DNA of 64,000 nucleotides. Source: Rhodothermales bacterium (GTDB lineage: Bacteria; Bacteroidota; Rhodothermia; Rhodothermales; UBA10348). The notes beneath the pieces are model-generated. The model was not told where the DNA came from and did no database searches. It worked only from the letters and a program-made list of their open reading frames with translations. Position numbers and translations under genes: made by a program. The stretch is taken from positions 254,769-318,768 of the forward strand of contig JAEPNP010000003.1 of NCBI GenBank assembly GCA_017643395.1, written 5' to 3'. Shown here in pieces: positions 9,177 through 20,203 of this stretch. Numbering within the stretch: position 1 is the first letter of the stretch; the number at the start of each line of letters is the position of its first letter.

Positions 9177-12100
9177 ATGCACAATTCCTACGCAAAGCTG
9201 CTGATTTTGGCAGTTCTGATCGCCGCTGCTTCCATACCGGCCTCAGCGCAAACACGCTACGTGCGCACGTCCGGATCGGATGCTGCGAATGATTGCACGA
9301 CCTCCGGCAGCCCCTGCCTGACGATCGTTCACGCACTTGACCAGGCCAACTCGGGCGATACGATTGACATCGGCCCGGGCACGTATCCGGAGAGCCTGTC
9401 GCTGGAGAAGTCCATCACCTTGCAATGCGCTCAGAATGGGACGGATGTCTCTGGTCGCACGGCCGGGGGGGGCGGAGAGACAGTCATCAAACCATCCGGT
9501 TCAGCCGATTACGTGATTCAGGTCCGTACGAGCAACGTGGCGATCAACGGATGCGACATCGACGGTGATTTCGACGGTGATGTCTGGGCGGGTATCAAGA
9601 TCTGGAACTCCGGATCATCGTCGAGCCCGGACAACATCTCGAACATTGACATCCTCTACAACTTCATTCACGAAATCGACCAGCCCAACCCCAACGGTAC
9701 GTTCAATTACGCCTACGGGATCTGGGCCATCGGCGGCGGCTCCAACGGTAATCGCGGCGACGTCAGCGATCTCGTCATCGACGACAACTCGATTTACATG
9801 ATCGGCAACGGGCCGGATATCGGCTCCGCGTTGACGGGAGCTACAGAGGTAGCGGGTGCCGGCATGTACGTCAAGAGCGTGACCGGGGCGAGTGCGGGCC
9901 TGGGCACGACGATCACCGACAATACGCTGGACGACCTTTCCGATGGAGATCCCTCGTCGGCGACGACCCTTGCCGGGGGCACTCGCGAATTGGGTCTGGG
10001 CATCGCCGTGCTCCAGGACAACGAGACATCAACGAACGACAGCGGCGCCAGTGTCTCGGGCAACACCTACGGAGACGGCGACGTGGACGGCCCGTATGTG
10101 GGTGTGCTCGTGCAAACCAGCTCCAGCACCGTCGCAGAGGCACTCTCGGGCTTCGGAAGCCAGGTGGTGCCGCTCATCATCAACTTGGCGCACCCGGACA
10201 TCAGTACGTTGCCGCTGGCAACCATCGATACGTCCGATTTATCCACGGCCACGGTTCCGGTATTTTCCGTCGACGGCCTGACGTTCTCCTCTTCGGCCAA
10301 CGTGCCGAATTCGATTGGCTATTTCCGCTCCATCTCGGACGCCGCGGCGAATTCCACTACGGACGAGATCATGCCGCAGCCGCAGAACGGTACCGTTACC
10401 GGTGCCACGGTGACGCTTGGAGCAGGGCCGAGCATCGTGTTCACTTTTGCGAATGGGGACGTCTTTACCATTCTGCTGACGGACTATGGTGCTGCAACCC
10501 CGTCGATTGTAGGCACCCCGGGCGACGAGAACGTCACGATTGCCTCCGACCTGTTGGCGTCGACCAACCTGAACGTCGTGCTTGAAGGCGGCAGCGATGC
10601 CATCACGATGCAGGCGTTCACGGCGTGCACGCCTTTCGATACGACGCACAACCCCACGAGCGCCAACGACGGGACCTTCGTGTTCACGGCGGCTTGCACC
10701 GCAGGAGCCGGCACCCTGACGTATTCAGGGCTTGAGCCGATTGACGACTCGGCCAATTTCCCGGCCAACCGCACCTTCAACTTCTCCGCGAGCGCCGAAA
10801 CCATCGTGCTGAATGCCGGCACGACGGCAAACGACAACATCTCGTTCATCGACTCCGAACTGGTGGAGGAGGTGGTCTTCGGCAACCCGACCGGCAGCCT
10901 CACCATCAACGCCGGGGGCGGCGACGACACGCTGAATCTGGGCGCCCTGGACACAAGTGGTGGAACGATTCCGGCCATTACGGTGACCGTAAACGGCGAC
11001 GCTGGTGCAGACACGTTCAACGTGACTCCGGTCAATGCGTACACCAGCCATACCATCAATGGTGGTGCACCCGCGACATGCCCGGGCGATGCCCTGTCGT
11101 TCACACTGCCGACCGGCGCCACCGCTGACTATTCCACGTCCGGAACGGTAAGCTTCACCGGCGTCACCCTCGGTTCTGTCACCTACACGGGCATCGAGGC
11201 TTTCGGGGACTTCCAGGCCGACATCTCCGTCTCGGCGGCATCGACCCTGTACCCCGGCGACGTGGCGACGTACACCCTGACGGTGACCAACAACGGGCCG
11301 AATCAGGCGCAGTGCATCACGATCGCGGATGCCGTGGCCAACCTGACGTTCCAGTCGGGCCCGACCCTGTCGACAGGCATCATCGTTGGAGACGACTGGG
11401 TGATCGCATCCCTGGATTCCGGGGCCTCGGCTACGCTTACCGGCACGGTGTTCGTGAACTCGGCGACTGCGGTCACGGCAACCGCGTCAACTCAGACGAC
11501 CGATACCGATTCCTCCAACAACTCGGACGAGGTTATCGGCACGCCCTTCAAGTTTCCCGCCAAGGCACATGGCCAGGTGGGCCTGGTCTACGAGTACACC
11601 GTCGGTGGCGTCACGTTCGAGCGCATCATCCTGGGCCTGTTCCAGGGCAGCCCGGGCGGATCCAGCGCCGTGCTGTGCCGCATTCCTGAGCCGGACGGCG
11701 TGGTGTTCACGGTCAATCCAGCGTTTGTAGACGAAACCTGGCGCGAGTGTGGCACGGGACTTCCGTACCCGCTTCACGTGAACGACCTGTTCTACGACGC
11801 CTCAGCCGACCGCATCTATCTGGCCTCCTGGGGCTCTGCCGGTCTCTACTACAGTGACGACGGCGGCATTTCATGGACGGCCTCCGAGCCGAACCTGCCG
11901 GACCAGGCCACGGGTTGGGTAAACGTCTACGCCATCACCGAGGACAGCGCGGGCATCCTGTATATCTCAGCCAACAATGGCTTGTTGTTCCGCTCACTGA
12001 ACGGTGGAACGAGCTGGCAGCAGATCTCAAGTCTGCCGCACGGCTCGGCGGACACGCCGTGGGGTCTCGAAGCTGATCCGACCGATGCCGGTACCATCTA

Positions 12101-12911
12101 CGCCGGAACGCGCGGCAAGGGTGTCTGGGTTAGCGCCGACTTCGGCCTCAGTTGGGCACCTGTGGTTGCCGCCACAGGCACAGGCGGTATCCCCGTGGAC
12201 GCTCTGGCCAGCGTAGGCGCAGGAGACATCTACGACCTGAAGTTCTCTCCGGACGACTCGGACCGGCTCTATGCAGGCACGGCTGAGGGGCTGTACAGCA
12301 TTGATCTCAGTGCGGGAACGCCGGCCTGGACCAGCCAGGGCCTCACTGTGACCGTGGACGCAGGTACCGTGGTACCCGAGGTCCGAGGTTTGGCCTTCAC
12401 CGACGACGCTGGTGACGCGGACGACGACCTGTACATGGCGCTATGGGGCTTCGGAGTCTATGTGGACGGCGATCCGAATACCGATGGTTCAGACCAGGTG
12501 GAGTTCTCCCTGCGTGGATCAGACGTGACGTTCGTGGCGGTCGGCAGCAACGGGTCCGTCTATTCGGGTACGGCCGAGGGCACGTTCCACACGTCGCCGC
12601 TATCCACCCACACGAATACGGAGCCGGACGGCTCGCTGGAGGTCCCGACCGACTTCGCGCTTGAGCAGAATTATCCGAACCCGTTCAATCCGGTGACGAC
12701 GATCGACTTCTCTCTGCCTGAAGCAGCGACCGTACAGATCACGGTGCACGACATGCTCGGACGCACCGTGGGCACGCTCTCCACCGGCTCCATGACGGCC
12801 GGCCGGCATTCGGTGCAGTTTGATGCGCGCGATTTGCCGAGCGGCACCTACCTGTATCGCATGGAAGCCGGCGGCGAAGTCATGACCCGTCTCATGGTGC
12901 TGCTCAAATAA
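9177..12911 (+). CDS. Very large secreted T9SS cargo protein (beta-helix-like region, DUF11-like segment, BNR/Asp-box repeats, T9SS C-terminal sorting domain)
   Basis: Start moved to ATG 9177, giving signal peptide MHNSYAKLLILAVLIAAASIPASAQ. DUF11-like YTLTVTNNGPNQAQ. Asp-box repeats SDDGGISW, SLNGGTSW, SADFGLSW. C-terminus LEQNYPNPFNPVTTIDFSL...GTYLYRMEAGGEVMTRLMVLLK is a type-A T9SS CTD. Confidence 0.88.
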   Translation: MHNSYAKLLILAVLIAAASIPASAQTRYVRTSGSDAANDCTTSGSPCLTIVHALDQANSGDTIDIGPGTYPESLSLEKSITLQCAQNGTDVSGRTAGGGGETVIKPSGSADYVIQVRTSNVAINGCDIDGDFDGDVWAGIKIWNSGSSSSPDNISNIDILYNFIHEIDQPNPNGTFNYAYGIWAIGGGSNGNRGDVSDLVIDDNSIYMIGNGPDIGSALTGATEVAGAGMYVKSVTGASAGLGTTITDNTLDDLSDGDPSSATTLAGGTRELGLGIAVLQDNETSTNDSGASVSGNTYGDGDVDGPYVGVLVQTSSSTVAEALSGFGSQVVPLIINLAHPDISTLPLATIDTSDLSTATVPVFSVDGLTFSSSANVPNSIGYFRSISDAAANSTTDEIMPQPQNGTVTGATVTLGAGPSIVFTFANGDVFTILLTDYGAATPSIVGTPGDENVTIASDLLASTNLNVVLEGGSDAITMQAFTACTPFDTTHNPTSANDGTFVFTAACTAGAGTLTYSGLEPIDDSANFPANRTFNFSASAETIVLNAGTTANDNISFIDSELVEEVVFGNPTGSLTINAGGGDDTLNLGALDTSGGTIPAITVTVNGDAGADTFNVTPVNAYTSHTINGGAPATCPGDALSFTLPTGATADYSTSGTVSFTGVTLGSVTYTGIEAFGDFQADISVSAASTLYPGDVATYTLTVTNNGPNQAQCITIADAVANLTFQSGPTLSTGIIVGDDWVIASLDSGASATLTGTVFVNSATAVTATASTQTTDTDSSNNSDEVIGTPFKFPAKAHGQVGLVYEYTVGGVTFERIILGLFQGSPGGSSAVLCRIPEPDGVVFTVNPAFVDETWRECGTGLPYPLHVNDLFYDASADRIYLASWGSAGLYYSDDGGISWTASEPNLPDQATGWVNVYAITEDSAGILYISANNGLLFRSLNGGTSWQQISSLPHGSADTPWGLEADPTDAGTIYAGTRGKGVWVSADFGLSWAPVVAATGTGGIPVDALASVGAGDIYDLKFSPDDSDRLYAGTAEGLYSIDLSAGTPAWTSQGLTVTVDAGTVVPEVRGLAFTDDAGDADDDLYMALWGFGVYVDGDPNTDGSDQVEFSLRGSDVTFVAVGSNGSVYSGTAEGTFHTSPLSTHTNTEPDGSLEVPTDFALEQNYPNPFNPVTTIDFSLPEAATVQITVHDMLGRTVGTLSTGSMTAGRHSVQFDARDLPSGTYLYRMEAGGEVMTRLMVLLK

Positions 12912-12951
12912 TACTTCGCTTGTTTGTCCTCTGGTTCTGGCAGACAGCGTC

Positions 12952-12986
12952 GGGGCCTTCGGTTGGCGGACCGAAGGCCCCTTTTT
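12952..12986 (+). terminator. Rho-independent terminator
   Basis: ggggccttcgg-N8-ccgaaggcccc forms a perfect 11-bp stem followed by ttttt, 41 nt after the stop at 12911. Confidence 0.8.
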
Positions 12987-13037
12987 CTTGGGCGACGGGA
13001 TTGGAGCGGCATTTGCCTCAGGAAGGGCAGAGTTATC

Positions 13038-15017
13038 ATGCCGCCCATGCGCCCCCTCATCGCCCTTGTTTTCCTGACCGCCATTCCGGCGTCCGCACAG
13101 TCTTTCCTGGAGGTACCGGCACCCTTTGCCACCCCACCTGACGGATCGGCAATCATTTTCGGCTCGTCGCTTGCCGACGTCAACCGGGACGGGCGCCCCG
13201 ACTACTACCATCGAGGCCGTCTTTATCTGCAGACCGACTCCCTGGTCTTCACTGATGTCATGGGCACGGGCCGATTTCCGGCCATCGACGGCACCGAGGT
13301 GTTCGGAGGAGTCGTTGGGGATGCCGACGGAGACGGATTCCGCGACCTGTACGTCGAGGACTTTGACCCGGGCTCCCGTTTCTTTCGCAATCGCTACGGC
13401 CTTCGATGGGATCTCGCCTCCGCCGAAAGCGGCATCGACATGTCCGAGGCACAATCCCAGGGCGCCGTGTGGGGCGACTACGACCGGGACGGAGACGTAG
13501 ACCTCTTTGTGGGCGAGGAGTTTGGCGGCAACAAGCTCTTTGAGAATCTGGGCGGCGGCGTCTTCAGGGATGCCGGAATGTCCGCAATCCTGAACGAGCG
13601 CAAGTCCTACGGCGTTGCGGCGGCCGATTTTGACCGTGACGGCGATCTGGACATCTACATTGCGGCCTGCAGTCAGGGTGACCCCGCGCAGTCCCGGAAT
13701 TCGCTCTTCCGCAACGAGGGAGACGGCACGTTTGTCGATATCGGGGCAGAGGCGATGGTAGCGGACTCCCTGGCCGGCTGGGCTACGGTCTGGCTGGACT
13801 ACGACCGTGATCAGTGGCCCGACCTGTTTGTGGCCAACATGCCGATCTACGGCCCCAATGCGCGCACGGGAGTCAACAAACTCTACCGTAATCTGGGCGA
13901 TGGGACCTTCGAGGATGTCTCCGTCGCGGCGGGAGTGGCCGGCGGGGATGATGACTGGGGCTTCGGCGCGTCGGCCGGTGACTTCGACAACGACGGTTGG
14001 GAGGACATCTACCTGGCCAATGATTTCTCGAACCATCAGCTCTTTCGCAACAGAGGTGACGGCACGTTTGAAGATGTCTGGCCGGATCTGGGCGTGGATC
14101 CGTTTACCGGTACCCTCGCAGTAGCCACGGCCGATCTCAACAACGATGGATGGCTTGACCTGGCATTCGCCTCACGTGAGGGGAACCGGGTGCAGACGGG
14201 AACCGGGGACGGCAACTGGCTGCGCATGCACCTGAGAGCCGAAGGAGAGAACCGGGACGCACTCGGAGCTCTGTTAACCACGTGGGTGAACGGCAATGCG
14301 ATGATCCGCGAGGTGCATGCAGGCGACGGAATGACATCCCAGAATCACGACCTGTCGGTCCACGTGGGCCTGGGCCAGGCAAGCGTCGCAGACTCGGTTA
14401 CGGTGAGATGGCCCGCGGGTGCCACCACGCGGTTCCTGGATGTCGGCGCCAATCAGGTGCTTCACTTGTCCGAATCCAGCGGCATCGCTGACCCGCCACC
14501 CTTCCCGGAGCTCGAGGAAGGAGACCTCGGCACGCAGGCGGGCCCTGAGATCCGATTCGCGTTGACGGCCACGGAAGCCGGCGTCAGTTACCAGTTGGTG
14601 CTGGCCCATCTGGAGTCGACAACCCTGGCGGAGTATGAACTCACTGGTTCCGAACTGTCGGTTGACGTGACCGGCCTGCCTAACGGCGACTATGCCTGGA
14701 CAGTGATAGCGGAGCGTGACGGGTTTGTGCGTGCCTCGAGATCCACCGGGAGCTTCACGTGGTCTGGGGCCACGCATACCGACCGACTCGACGAGCCTTC
14801 ATTGTGGTCCATGTGGCCGAATCCGGTATCGGAGATTCTGACGATCGAGACCAACGCGCGAGACCGGCTGGTAGTATTTGACCTGCTGGGCAGGGCCGTA
14901 CTGCAGGCACAGGTCACGCCTGGCCGGAATCGCCTGGACGTGTCCGGCCTGGTGCCCGGTCTGTATGTGCTCCGGCTCGAATCGGGCCGCCTGACGCGTC
15001 CGGTTGTGCGGCGCTGA
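13038..15017 (+). CDS. FG-GAP/VCBS-repeat (ASPIC/UnbV, CRTAC1-like) secreted protein with T9SS C-terminal sorting domain
   Basis: Start moved to ATG 13038, giving signal peptide MPPMRPLIALVFLTAIPASAQS. Ca-binding repeats: VNRDGRPD, GDADGDGFRD, DYDRDGDVD, DFDRDGDLD, DFDNDGWED, DLNNDGWLD. UnbV-like RDALGALLTTWVNG...GDGMTSQN. C-terminus WPNPVSEILTIE...GLYVLRLESGRLTRPVVRR. Confidence 0.88.
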   Translation: MPPMRPLIALVFLTAIPASAQSFLEVPAPFATPPDGSAIIFGSSLADVNRDGRPDYYHRGRLYLQTDSLVFTDVMGTGRFPAIDGTEVFGGVVGDADGDGFRDLYVEDFDPGSRFFRNRYGLRWDLASAESGIDMSEAQSQGAVWGDYDRDGDVDLFVGEEFGGNKLFENLGGGVFRDAGMSAILNERKSYGVAAADFDRDGDLDIYIAACSQGDPAQSRNSLFRNEGDGTFVDIGAEAMVADSLAGWATVWLDYDRDQWPDLFVANMPIYGPNARTGVNKLYRNLGDGTFEDVSVAAGVAGGDDDWGFGASAGDFDNDGWEDIYLANDFSNHQLFRNRGDGTFEDVWPDLGVDPFTGTLAVATADLNNDGWLDLAFASREGNRVQTGTGDGNWLRMHLRAEGENRDALGALLTTWVNGNAMIREVHAGDGMTSQNHDLSVHVGLGQASVADSVTVRWPAGATTRFLDVGANQVLHLSESSGIADPPPFPELEEGDLGTQAGPEIRFALTATEAGVSYQLVLAHLESTTLAEYELTGSELSVDVTGLPNGDYAWTVIAERDGFVRASRSTGSFTWSGATHTDRLDEPSLWSMWPNPVSEILTIETNARDRLVVFDLLGRAVLQAQVTPGRNRLDVSGLVPGLYVLRLESGRLTRPVVRR

Positions 15018-15035
15018 GTCGGACGAACCTGAGGC

Positions 15036-15755
15036 TTAGCTTCGCTGAAGCACCTTGCACAAGCGGTCTCGTTCCGCACGCATGCGATTGGCAATGGCCG
15101 GAAGGTCCTTTCGGGCTCCGCGACGGACGGCGTCCTCCGCTTCCCGGGCACACGTGCTCAGGCCGGTACCGCCAAAGGCCGCACTGGTGGATTTGAGCGC
15201 GTGCGCGGCACCGGAGACGGCGTTGAGATCATCTGCCTCAAGTGCGGACTGGACCGTGCTAACCAGTTCCTCGGAGTTCTCGACGAACTCGTCCACCAGC
15301 TCGGCGAAGAAGTCGGCATCTCCCATGTTCTCGCGAAGCTCCTCCAGCGTGTGTACGTCGATAAACTCGGTGAGCTCTGACAGCGTCTGCTCCGAAGTCT
15401 CGATCAGGCCACGGATGGTGTCCATGCGGATGGGTTTGGTCACGTAGTCGTTCATGCCGGCATTCATCGCCTCGATGCGGTCTTCCGGCATCACGTTGGC
15501 GGTTACCGCGAAGATCATGGGCGGCGCCGAAGGCCGACCGTCACGAATGCGCCTGGCTGCTGCAATGCCGTCGAGTTCCGGCATCATCAGGTCCATGAAG
15601 ATGATGTCGTAGTCCTTTACCTGGGCGGCCTGCACGGCCTGCAGGCCGTTGCGAGCCACATCGGCCGTATGACCGAGGCGCTCAAGCATGCGGGTAATGA
15701 CCATCAGGTTCACCGGGTCATCTTCGACGACAAGAATGCGAGGGGGCGTGTTCAT
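15036..15755 (-). CDS. Response-regulator receiver domain fused to an HPt phosphotransfer domain
   Basis: REC: ILVVEDDPVN...DIIFMDLMMPELDG...FAVTANV. C-terminal four-helix HPt with AAHALKSTSAAFG. Start taken at MNTPPRILVV; the track ORF begins 8 codons earlier at 15779. Confidence 0.85.
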   Translation of the reverse strand: MNTPPRILVVEDDPVNLMVITRMLERLGHTADVARNGLQAVQAAQVKDYDIIFMDLMMPELDGIAAARRIRDGRPSAPPMIFAVTANVMPEDRIEAMNAGMNDYVTKPIRMDTIRGLIETSEQTLSELTEFIDVHTLEELRENMGDADFFAELVDEFVENSEELVSTVQSALEADDLNAVSGAAHALKSTSAAFGGTGLSTCAREAEDAVRRGARKDLPAIANRMRAERDRLCKVLQRS

Positions 15756-15834
15756 GACGATACATGGTTGGTAGCCCATGTATCGGCCGCTCGGCTCTGA
15801 ACTTTAGGCGCGGCCCGGAAAAGGGCGCTGTCGC

Positions 15835-18288
15835 CTATGCCGCCTCAGCGCGACGATACGCATGAGCCTGATCCTGGGCGCGCCGCACGATGGCCACAAT
15901 GAAGCCGATCGACAGCAGAATGATTCCCAGCCAGACCAGGCTGATCAGCGGCTTCTCGTAGGCCTGCACCACAACCCAGTCTGCGGGCGCGGTGCGAACG
16001 CCCTCAACCACGATGTCGATCGTGCCGGAATCGACGTTCATGGCGGCAAAGCCCAATGCCAGGCCCCAGTCGTCGATGGTTTCGGGCACGACCTGAACCC
16101 TGCGCTCCTCGTCGATGCGGTACACAGGAGTGAGAAGGCGACGCTCCCCGGTTGCCGTATTCGTCACCGCGAGGAGGGCACCAACAGCAACTTCTCCGGT
16201 GTTCGGGTTGGCGGCCTCGTGTTCGACTTCAAGGTCATACTCCAGGAAGGCGATGGCGTAGGCGCCGTCCCCAACCAGAGTCGAGTCATTGCGGGCCAGG
16301 GTAATCGTCCCCCCGTTGTCGGAGTCGTCGACGCCCAGCATGACGTTCGGCGAGACGGCCACGAAGATGTCCTTCTCCAGGAAGCGCGTCACGTCAGGGT
16401 GCTGGATCCACTGATCCTTGTTGCTTCGGTACACCACCGGAGAAACCGAGAACGACCGTCCGTCAGGATCGACGAAATCGAGCAGGTACTCCGGTCGCGC
16501 CGCGTTGCTCATGTCCTTGCCGTTGTACGTCACCGTATAGCCGTCAATGGCCACGGTTTGGCCGGCTTCCAGCACGAAGTTGTCCCGCGAGTCTCCGATT
16601 CGCACCCCGTTGCCGGAGCCCACCGCGTCAGAGAACCCGCTGGAGGCAATGATGCCCAGAATCATGAGCGAGAAGCCCACGTGGGAGACCGCGCCGCCGG
16701 CAAGCTTCGGGTTGCCCTTCCAGATTCTTAGCACCACTTCCAGATTGCCGTAAAGGGCAAAGAAGGACACAAACAGCAGCAAGAGCAGCATGAGCCCCTG
16801 GCCGTAGGTGGCCCAGAAGGTGCCCAGGCCTGCGGTCAGAGCACCTTCAGGCACGCCGACGGAGGCCAGCACGCTGGTCACCGCAGATTCCTCCACGAAG
16901 GGCGTGAGCAGCAAGACCAGCAGGGTGGAAGCCACCGACAGGGCAATCGGTCGCGTCAGAACCTTGTTGACGCTTTCGACGGACATCTTCTTCCACCAGA
17001 AGAGCTGCCCGAGTCCTGCAAGGAAGGTCAGCGCCACCGACAGCGGAAGCGTCCACTTGTTGTAGAACGCTATCGGCACGCTGGATGGATTGTCCCGGAA
17101 GAGGCGGCCGATGATGGGTGCGCTGGTCCCGAGGATCACCACGAGGGCGATGGCGCAAAGCAGCAAAGCGCCCGCGAAAATCATGAACTCCCGCGAGAGC
17201 ATTTCCGGCTCCTGGGCGGGTGTCGGCAGTTCGCGGTAGCGTACCGCGAGCAGCCCGAAGCCCACGGCTCCCATCGCCAGTATCCAGAGCAGCAATTGGT
17301 TGTACAGGCCCAGGTCCACAAAGGAGTGCACCGAGATGTCTCCCAGGATGCCGGATCGCGTGAGGAAGGTCGAGTAGATGACCAGCATGTACGCGAGGAT
17401 GTTCAGGAAGAGGGCCGCCTTCTGGCTGCGCCCGCTGCGCTTCTGAACAATCATGGTGTGGATGGCTGCCACGCCAATCAGCCAGGGTACGAGGCTGGAG
17501 TTTTCCACGGGGTCCCAGGCCCAGTATCCGCCGAACGAAAGCGTCTCGTAGGCCCAGTAGCCGCCCATGGCGATGCCGACGCCGAGGATCATGGTGGCGA
17601 ACAGCGCCCAAGGCAGGGCGGGCCGCACCCACTGCGTGTAGCGCCGCTTCCAAAGGGCCGCGACGGCAAAGGCAAACGGCACAATCATCGCCGCGAAGCC
17701 GGAGAAGAGCGTCGGCGGGTGAATGACCATCCAGTAGTTCTGAAGCAGATCATTCAGGCCCTGCCCGTCTTCGGGCACAAGGCCGGCGGCCAGCATCGGC
17801 GCGTTCGGGAATTTCTCTGACAGGAGTTGGAACGGCGACGCACCCAGCTTGATGAAGCCGAGGTCCAGCCCGATCACCATGGAGACCAGGAAGAACTGGC
17901 AGAAGCTGATGACCGCCATGACCGGCGCCTCGTACTCCCGCGCCCACTTCATCACGCTCCAGCCTACCAGGATGTTCATGAAGATCCACATCATGAACGA
18001 GCCTTCCTGGCCGGCCCAGTTGGCCGAAATCAGGTACTTGAGGCCGAGATCCCTCGCTGTGTGCTCATAGACGTACGCATACTCGAACTGGTGCGTCAGC
18101 GACAGATAGAAGAGAATGCCGTAGGCCACGATCAGGCCGACACCCATCACACTCCACGCCGCGCGACCGATGCGCAGCCAGTCCTGACCTCCGCGCTCGA
18201 TCTGCGCACTGCGGAAGTACGCCAGTCCAGCGAGTCCTGTGGCCACGAAGCCGAGCAGGATAAGCAGCTTGCCTACGACTCCAATCAT
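15835..18288 (-). CDS. ccmF: Cytochrome c biogenesis heme lyase, CcmF/NrfE/CcsA family
   Basis: Polytopic membrane protein with Trp-rich WWD heme-handling motif GGYWAWDPVENSSLVPWL. Large periplasmic domain near the C-terminus plus a final TM. Start taken at MIGVVGKLLILLGF (ATG 18288); the track ORF extends to 18369. Confidence 0.8.
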   Translation of the reverse strand: MIGVVGKLLILLGFVATGLAGLAYFRSAQIERGGQDWLRIGRAAWSVMGVGLIVAYGILFYLSLTHQFEYAYVYEHTARDLGLKYLISANWAGQEGSFMMWIFMNILVGWSVMKWAREYEAPVMAVISFCQFFLVSMVIGLDLGFIKLGASPFQLLSEKFPNAPMLAAGLVPEDGQGLNDLLQNYWMVIHPPTLFSGFAAMIVPFAFAVAALWKRRYTQWVRPALPWALFATMILGVGIAMGGYWAYETLSFGGYWAWDPVENSSLVPWLIGVAAIHTMIVQKRSGRSQKAALFLNILAYMLVIYSTFLTRSGILGDISVHSFVDLGLYNQLLLWILAMGAVGFGLLAVRYRELPTPAQEPEMLSREFMIFAGALLLCAIALVVILGTSAPIIGRLFRDNPSSVPIAFYNKWTLPLSVALTFLAGLGQLFWWKKMSVESVNKVLTRPIALSVASTLLVLLLTPFVEESAVTSVLASVGVPEGALTAGLGTFWATYGQGLMLLLLLFVSFFALYGNLEVVLRIWKGNPKLAGGAVSHVGFSLMILGIIASSGFSDAVGSGNGVRIGDSRDNFVLEAGQTVAIDGYTVTYNGKDMSNAARPEYLLDFVDPDGRSFSVSPVVYRSNKDQWIQHPDVTRFLEKDIFVAVSPNVMLGVDDSDNGGTITLARNDSTLVGDGAYAIAFLEYDLEVEHEAANPNTGEVAVGALLAVTNTATGERRLLTPVYRIDEERRVQVVPETIDDWGLALGFAAMNVDSGTIDIVVEGVRTAPADWVVVQAYEKPLISLVWLGIILLSIGFIVAIVRRAQDQAHAYRRAEAA

Positions 18289-18450
18289 GTCCTGGGGGAT
18301 GGGGCGAGGGAAGGGGGGATCCACCAAATGGATCGGGCTAAAGCACGAATCAGGATAGCCCGGGTTCATTAGGACGCCGTGAAGACCGCGCCGGCTGTCG
18401 GAATGCTGGCAAGAGGCGGGAGTGGGGCCGCCGGAGCAGTCGCGGCCCCC

Positions 18451-20160
18451 CTATTTCGCGTAGGACACCGCGCGTACCTCTCGTATCACCGTGACCTTGA
18501 CCTGTCCGGGGTACTGCATCTCGGACTGGATGCGCCGGGATATTTCCACCGCCAATTGCTCGGCCCGCCCATCGGAAATGCGATCCTGGTTGACGATCAC
18601 GCGGACCTCCCGGCCGGCCTGTATGGCGAATACCCGCTCGACACCCTCAAACGTGCGAGCCAGCTCCTCCAGCTGCTCCAAACGTTTGATGTAGCTCTCG
18701 AGCGCCTCCCGCCGGGCTCCCGGCCGCGCCCCGGAGATGGCGTCTGCCGCCTGCACAATGGGCGAGATCATCGAGGTCATCTCGATCTCGTCATGGTGGG
18801 CGCCAATCGCGTTGCAGACCTCATCGTCTTCCCCATTCCGGCGGCACAGATCCATGCCGACCAGGGCGTGCGGACGCTCGACGTCATCCTCGACGACCTT
18901 GCCGATGTCATGCAGCAGACCTCCGCGGCGGGCTTTCGCCGGGTCGAGGCCGAGTTCGGCGGCCATCATGGATGCGATGCGGGCCGTCTCAATGCTGTGC
19001 GCCAACAGATTCTGGCCGTAGCTGGACCGGTAGCGCATGCGGCCGATGTGCCGGATTACCTCCGGATGCACACCCTGCAGGTTGAGATCGATCACGGTGC
19101 GCTCGCCGATCTCGACCAGCTCCTCCTCGATCTCCTCACGGGTTTTTTCGACCACCTCTTCGATGCGCGCGGGGTGGATGCGACCGTCCTGAATCAGCTT
19201 CTCGAGGGCGATGCGGGCAATCTCGCGCCGGACCGGATTGAAGCCGGACAGGATGACGGCCTCGGGCGTGTCGTCCACAATCACCTCGATGCCGGTGGCG
19301 GCCTCGAAGGCGCGGATGTTGCGCCCCTCGCGGCCGATAATGCGGCCCTTCATTTCGTCCGAGGACAGATTCACCACGGAGACCGTGTTCTCGATGGCAT
19401 GGCTCGCCGCCGTGCGCTGGATGGCCGCCAGAATCACCCGGCGGGCCTCACGTGCAGCCTTGAGCTTGGCTTCATCCCGAATGTCCTTCACGAGCGATGA
19501 GGCCTCCAGCTCCGCCTCTGTACGGATCTGCTCTACCAACTGGTGGCGCGCCTCGTCCGCGGTCATGCCCGAGAGCTCCGCCAACTGCTCCTCGAAGCGC
19601 CGCACCAGGGCTGTTGCGCGCTCCTGCTCGGCGTTCAGCTCCACCCGCGCAAGGGCCAGCTCGGTCTGACCAGCCTTGACCTCGCCGAACTCCCGCTCGA
19701 GGTCCGCACGCATCTCGCCCAGCCGGGTGGCCTGGTCGAACAGGCTGTTCCGTTGCGACTCCGCCTCGTGGGTGAGAGCCGATAACACGTCAGACGCCTC
19801 ATGAAGAAGCGTCTCCTTGTCGTTTACGCGTCGGGTCCGCTCATTGAGGGACTCGTGCCGCTCTTCCAGTTGCTGTCGTGCGCGCCGCCAGCTGCGCCGG
19901 GACGATTCCGATTTCTCCTCAAGCTCCGCCTCGCGGCGTCTGAGGTCTGCTTCTGCCTTGACGATGCGCTCCTCACGAAGCGCTTCTATTTCACGCTCGG
20001 CATCGGCTACGAGGGTTTTGGCCTCCTCGCGGGCCTCAGCCAGCTTATTAAGTCCGACTACCTTCAGCAGGTAGCGGTCAACGATGAATCCGGTCCCGAA
20101 CGCAGCGGCGATGGCGAGCACGATTTGCAGAATCGTGACTTCCATCCCCGTTGCAGCCAA
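18451..20160 (-). CDS. rny: Ribonuclease Y
   Basis: 569 aa. N-terminal TM anchor, long coiled coil, KH domain ([20 protein letters not shown]), HD domain ([13 protein letters not shown]...GLLHDIGK). Confidence 0.95.
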   Translation of the reverse strand: MAATGMEVTILQIVLAIAAAFGTGFIVDRYLLKVVGLNKLAEAREEAKTLVADAEREIEALREERIVKAEADLRRREAELEEKSESSRRSWRRARQQLEERHESLNERTRRVNDKETLLHEASDVLSALTHEAESQRNSLFDQATRLGEMRADLEREFGEVKAGQTELALARVELNAEQERATALVRRFEEQLAELSGMTADEARHQLVEQIRTEAELEASSLVKDIRDEAKLKAAREARRVILAAIQRTAASHAIENTVSVVNLSSDEMKGRIIGREGRNIRAFEAATGIEVIVDDTPEAVILSGFNPVRREIARIALEKLIQDGRIHPARIEEVVEKTREEIEEELVEIGERTVIDLNLQGVHPEVIRHIGRMRYRSSYGQNLLAHSIETARIASMMAAELGLDPAKARRGGLLHDIGKVVEDDVERPHALVGMDLCRRNGEDDEVCNAIGAHHDEIEMTSMISPIVQAADAISGARPGARREALESYIKRLEQLEELARTFEGVERVFAIQAGREVRVIVNQDRISDGRAEQLAVEISRRIQSEMQYPGQVKVTVIREVRAVSYAK

Positions 20161-20203
20161 TCAGGCTGGAGCCTGATCGACTATTTATGTGCCTCAAACA
20201 TAC

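Noticed and set aside
12600-14036. 478-aa minus-strand ORF opposite the FG-GAP gene; likewise 53078..54247 (-), 60698..62224 (+), 18379..19500 (+), 15862..16731 (+), 47805..48881 (+), 29491..30924 (+), 26434..27414 (+)
   Set aside because: All lie antisense to genes with clear family motifs, signal peptides or T9SS domains. They have Arg/Gly/Pro/His-biased composition. I treat them as GC artefacts.
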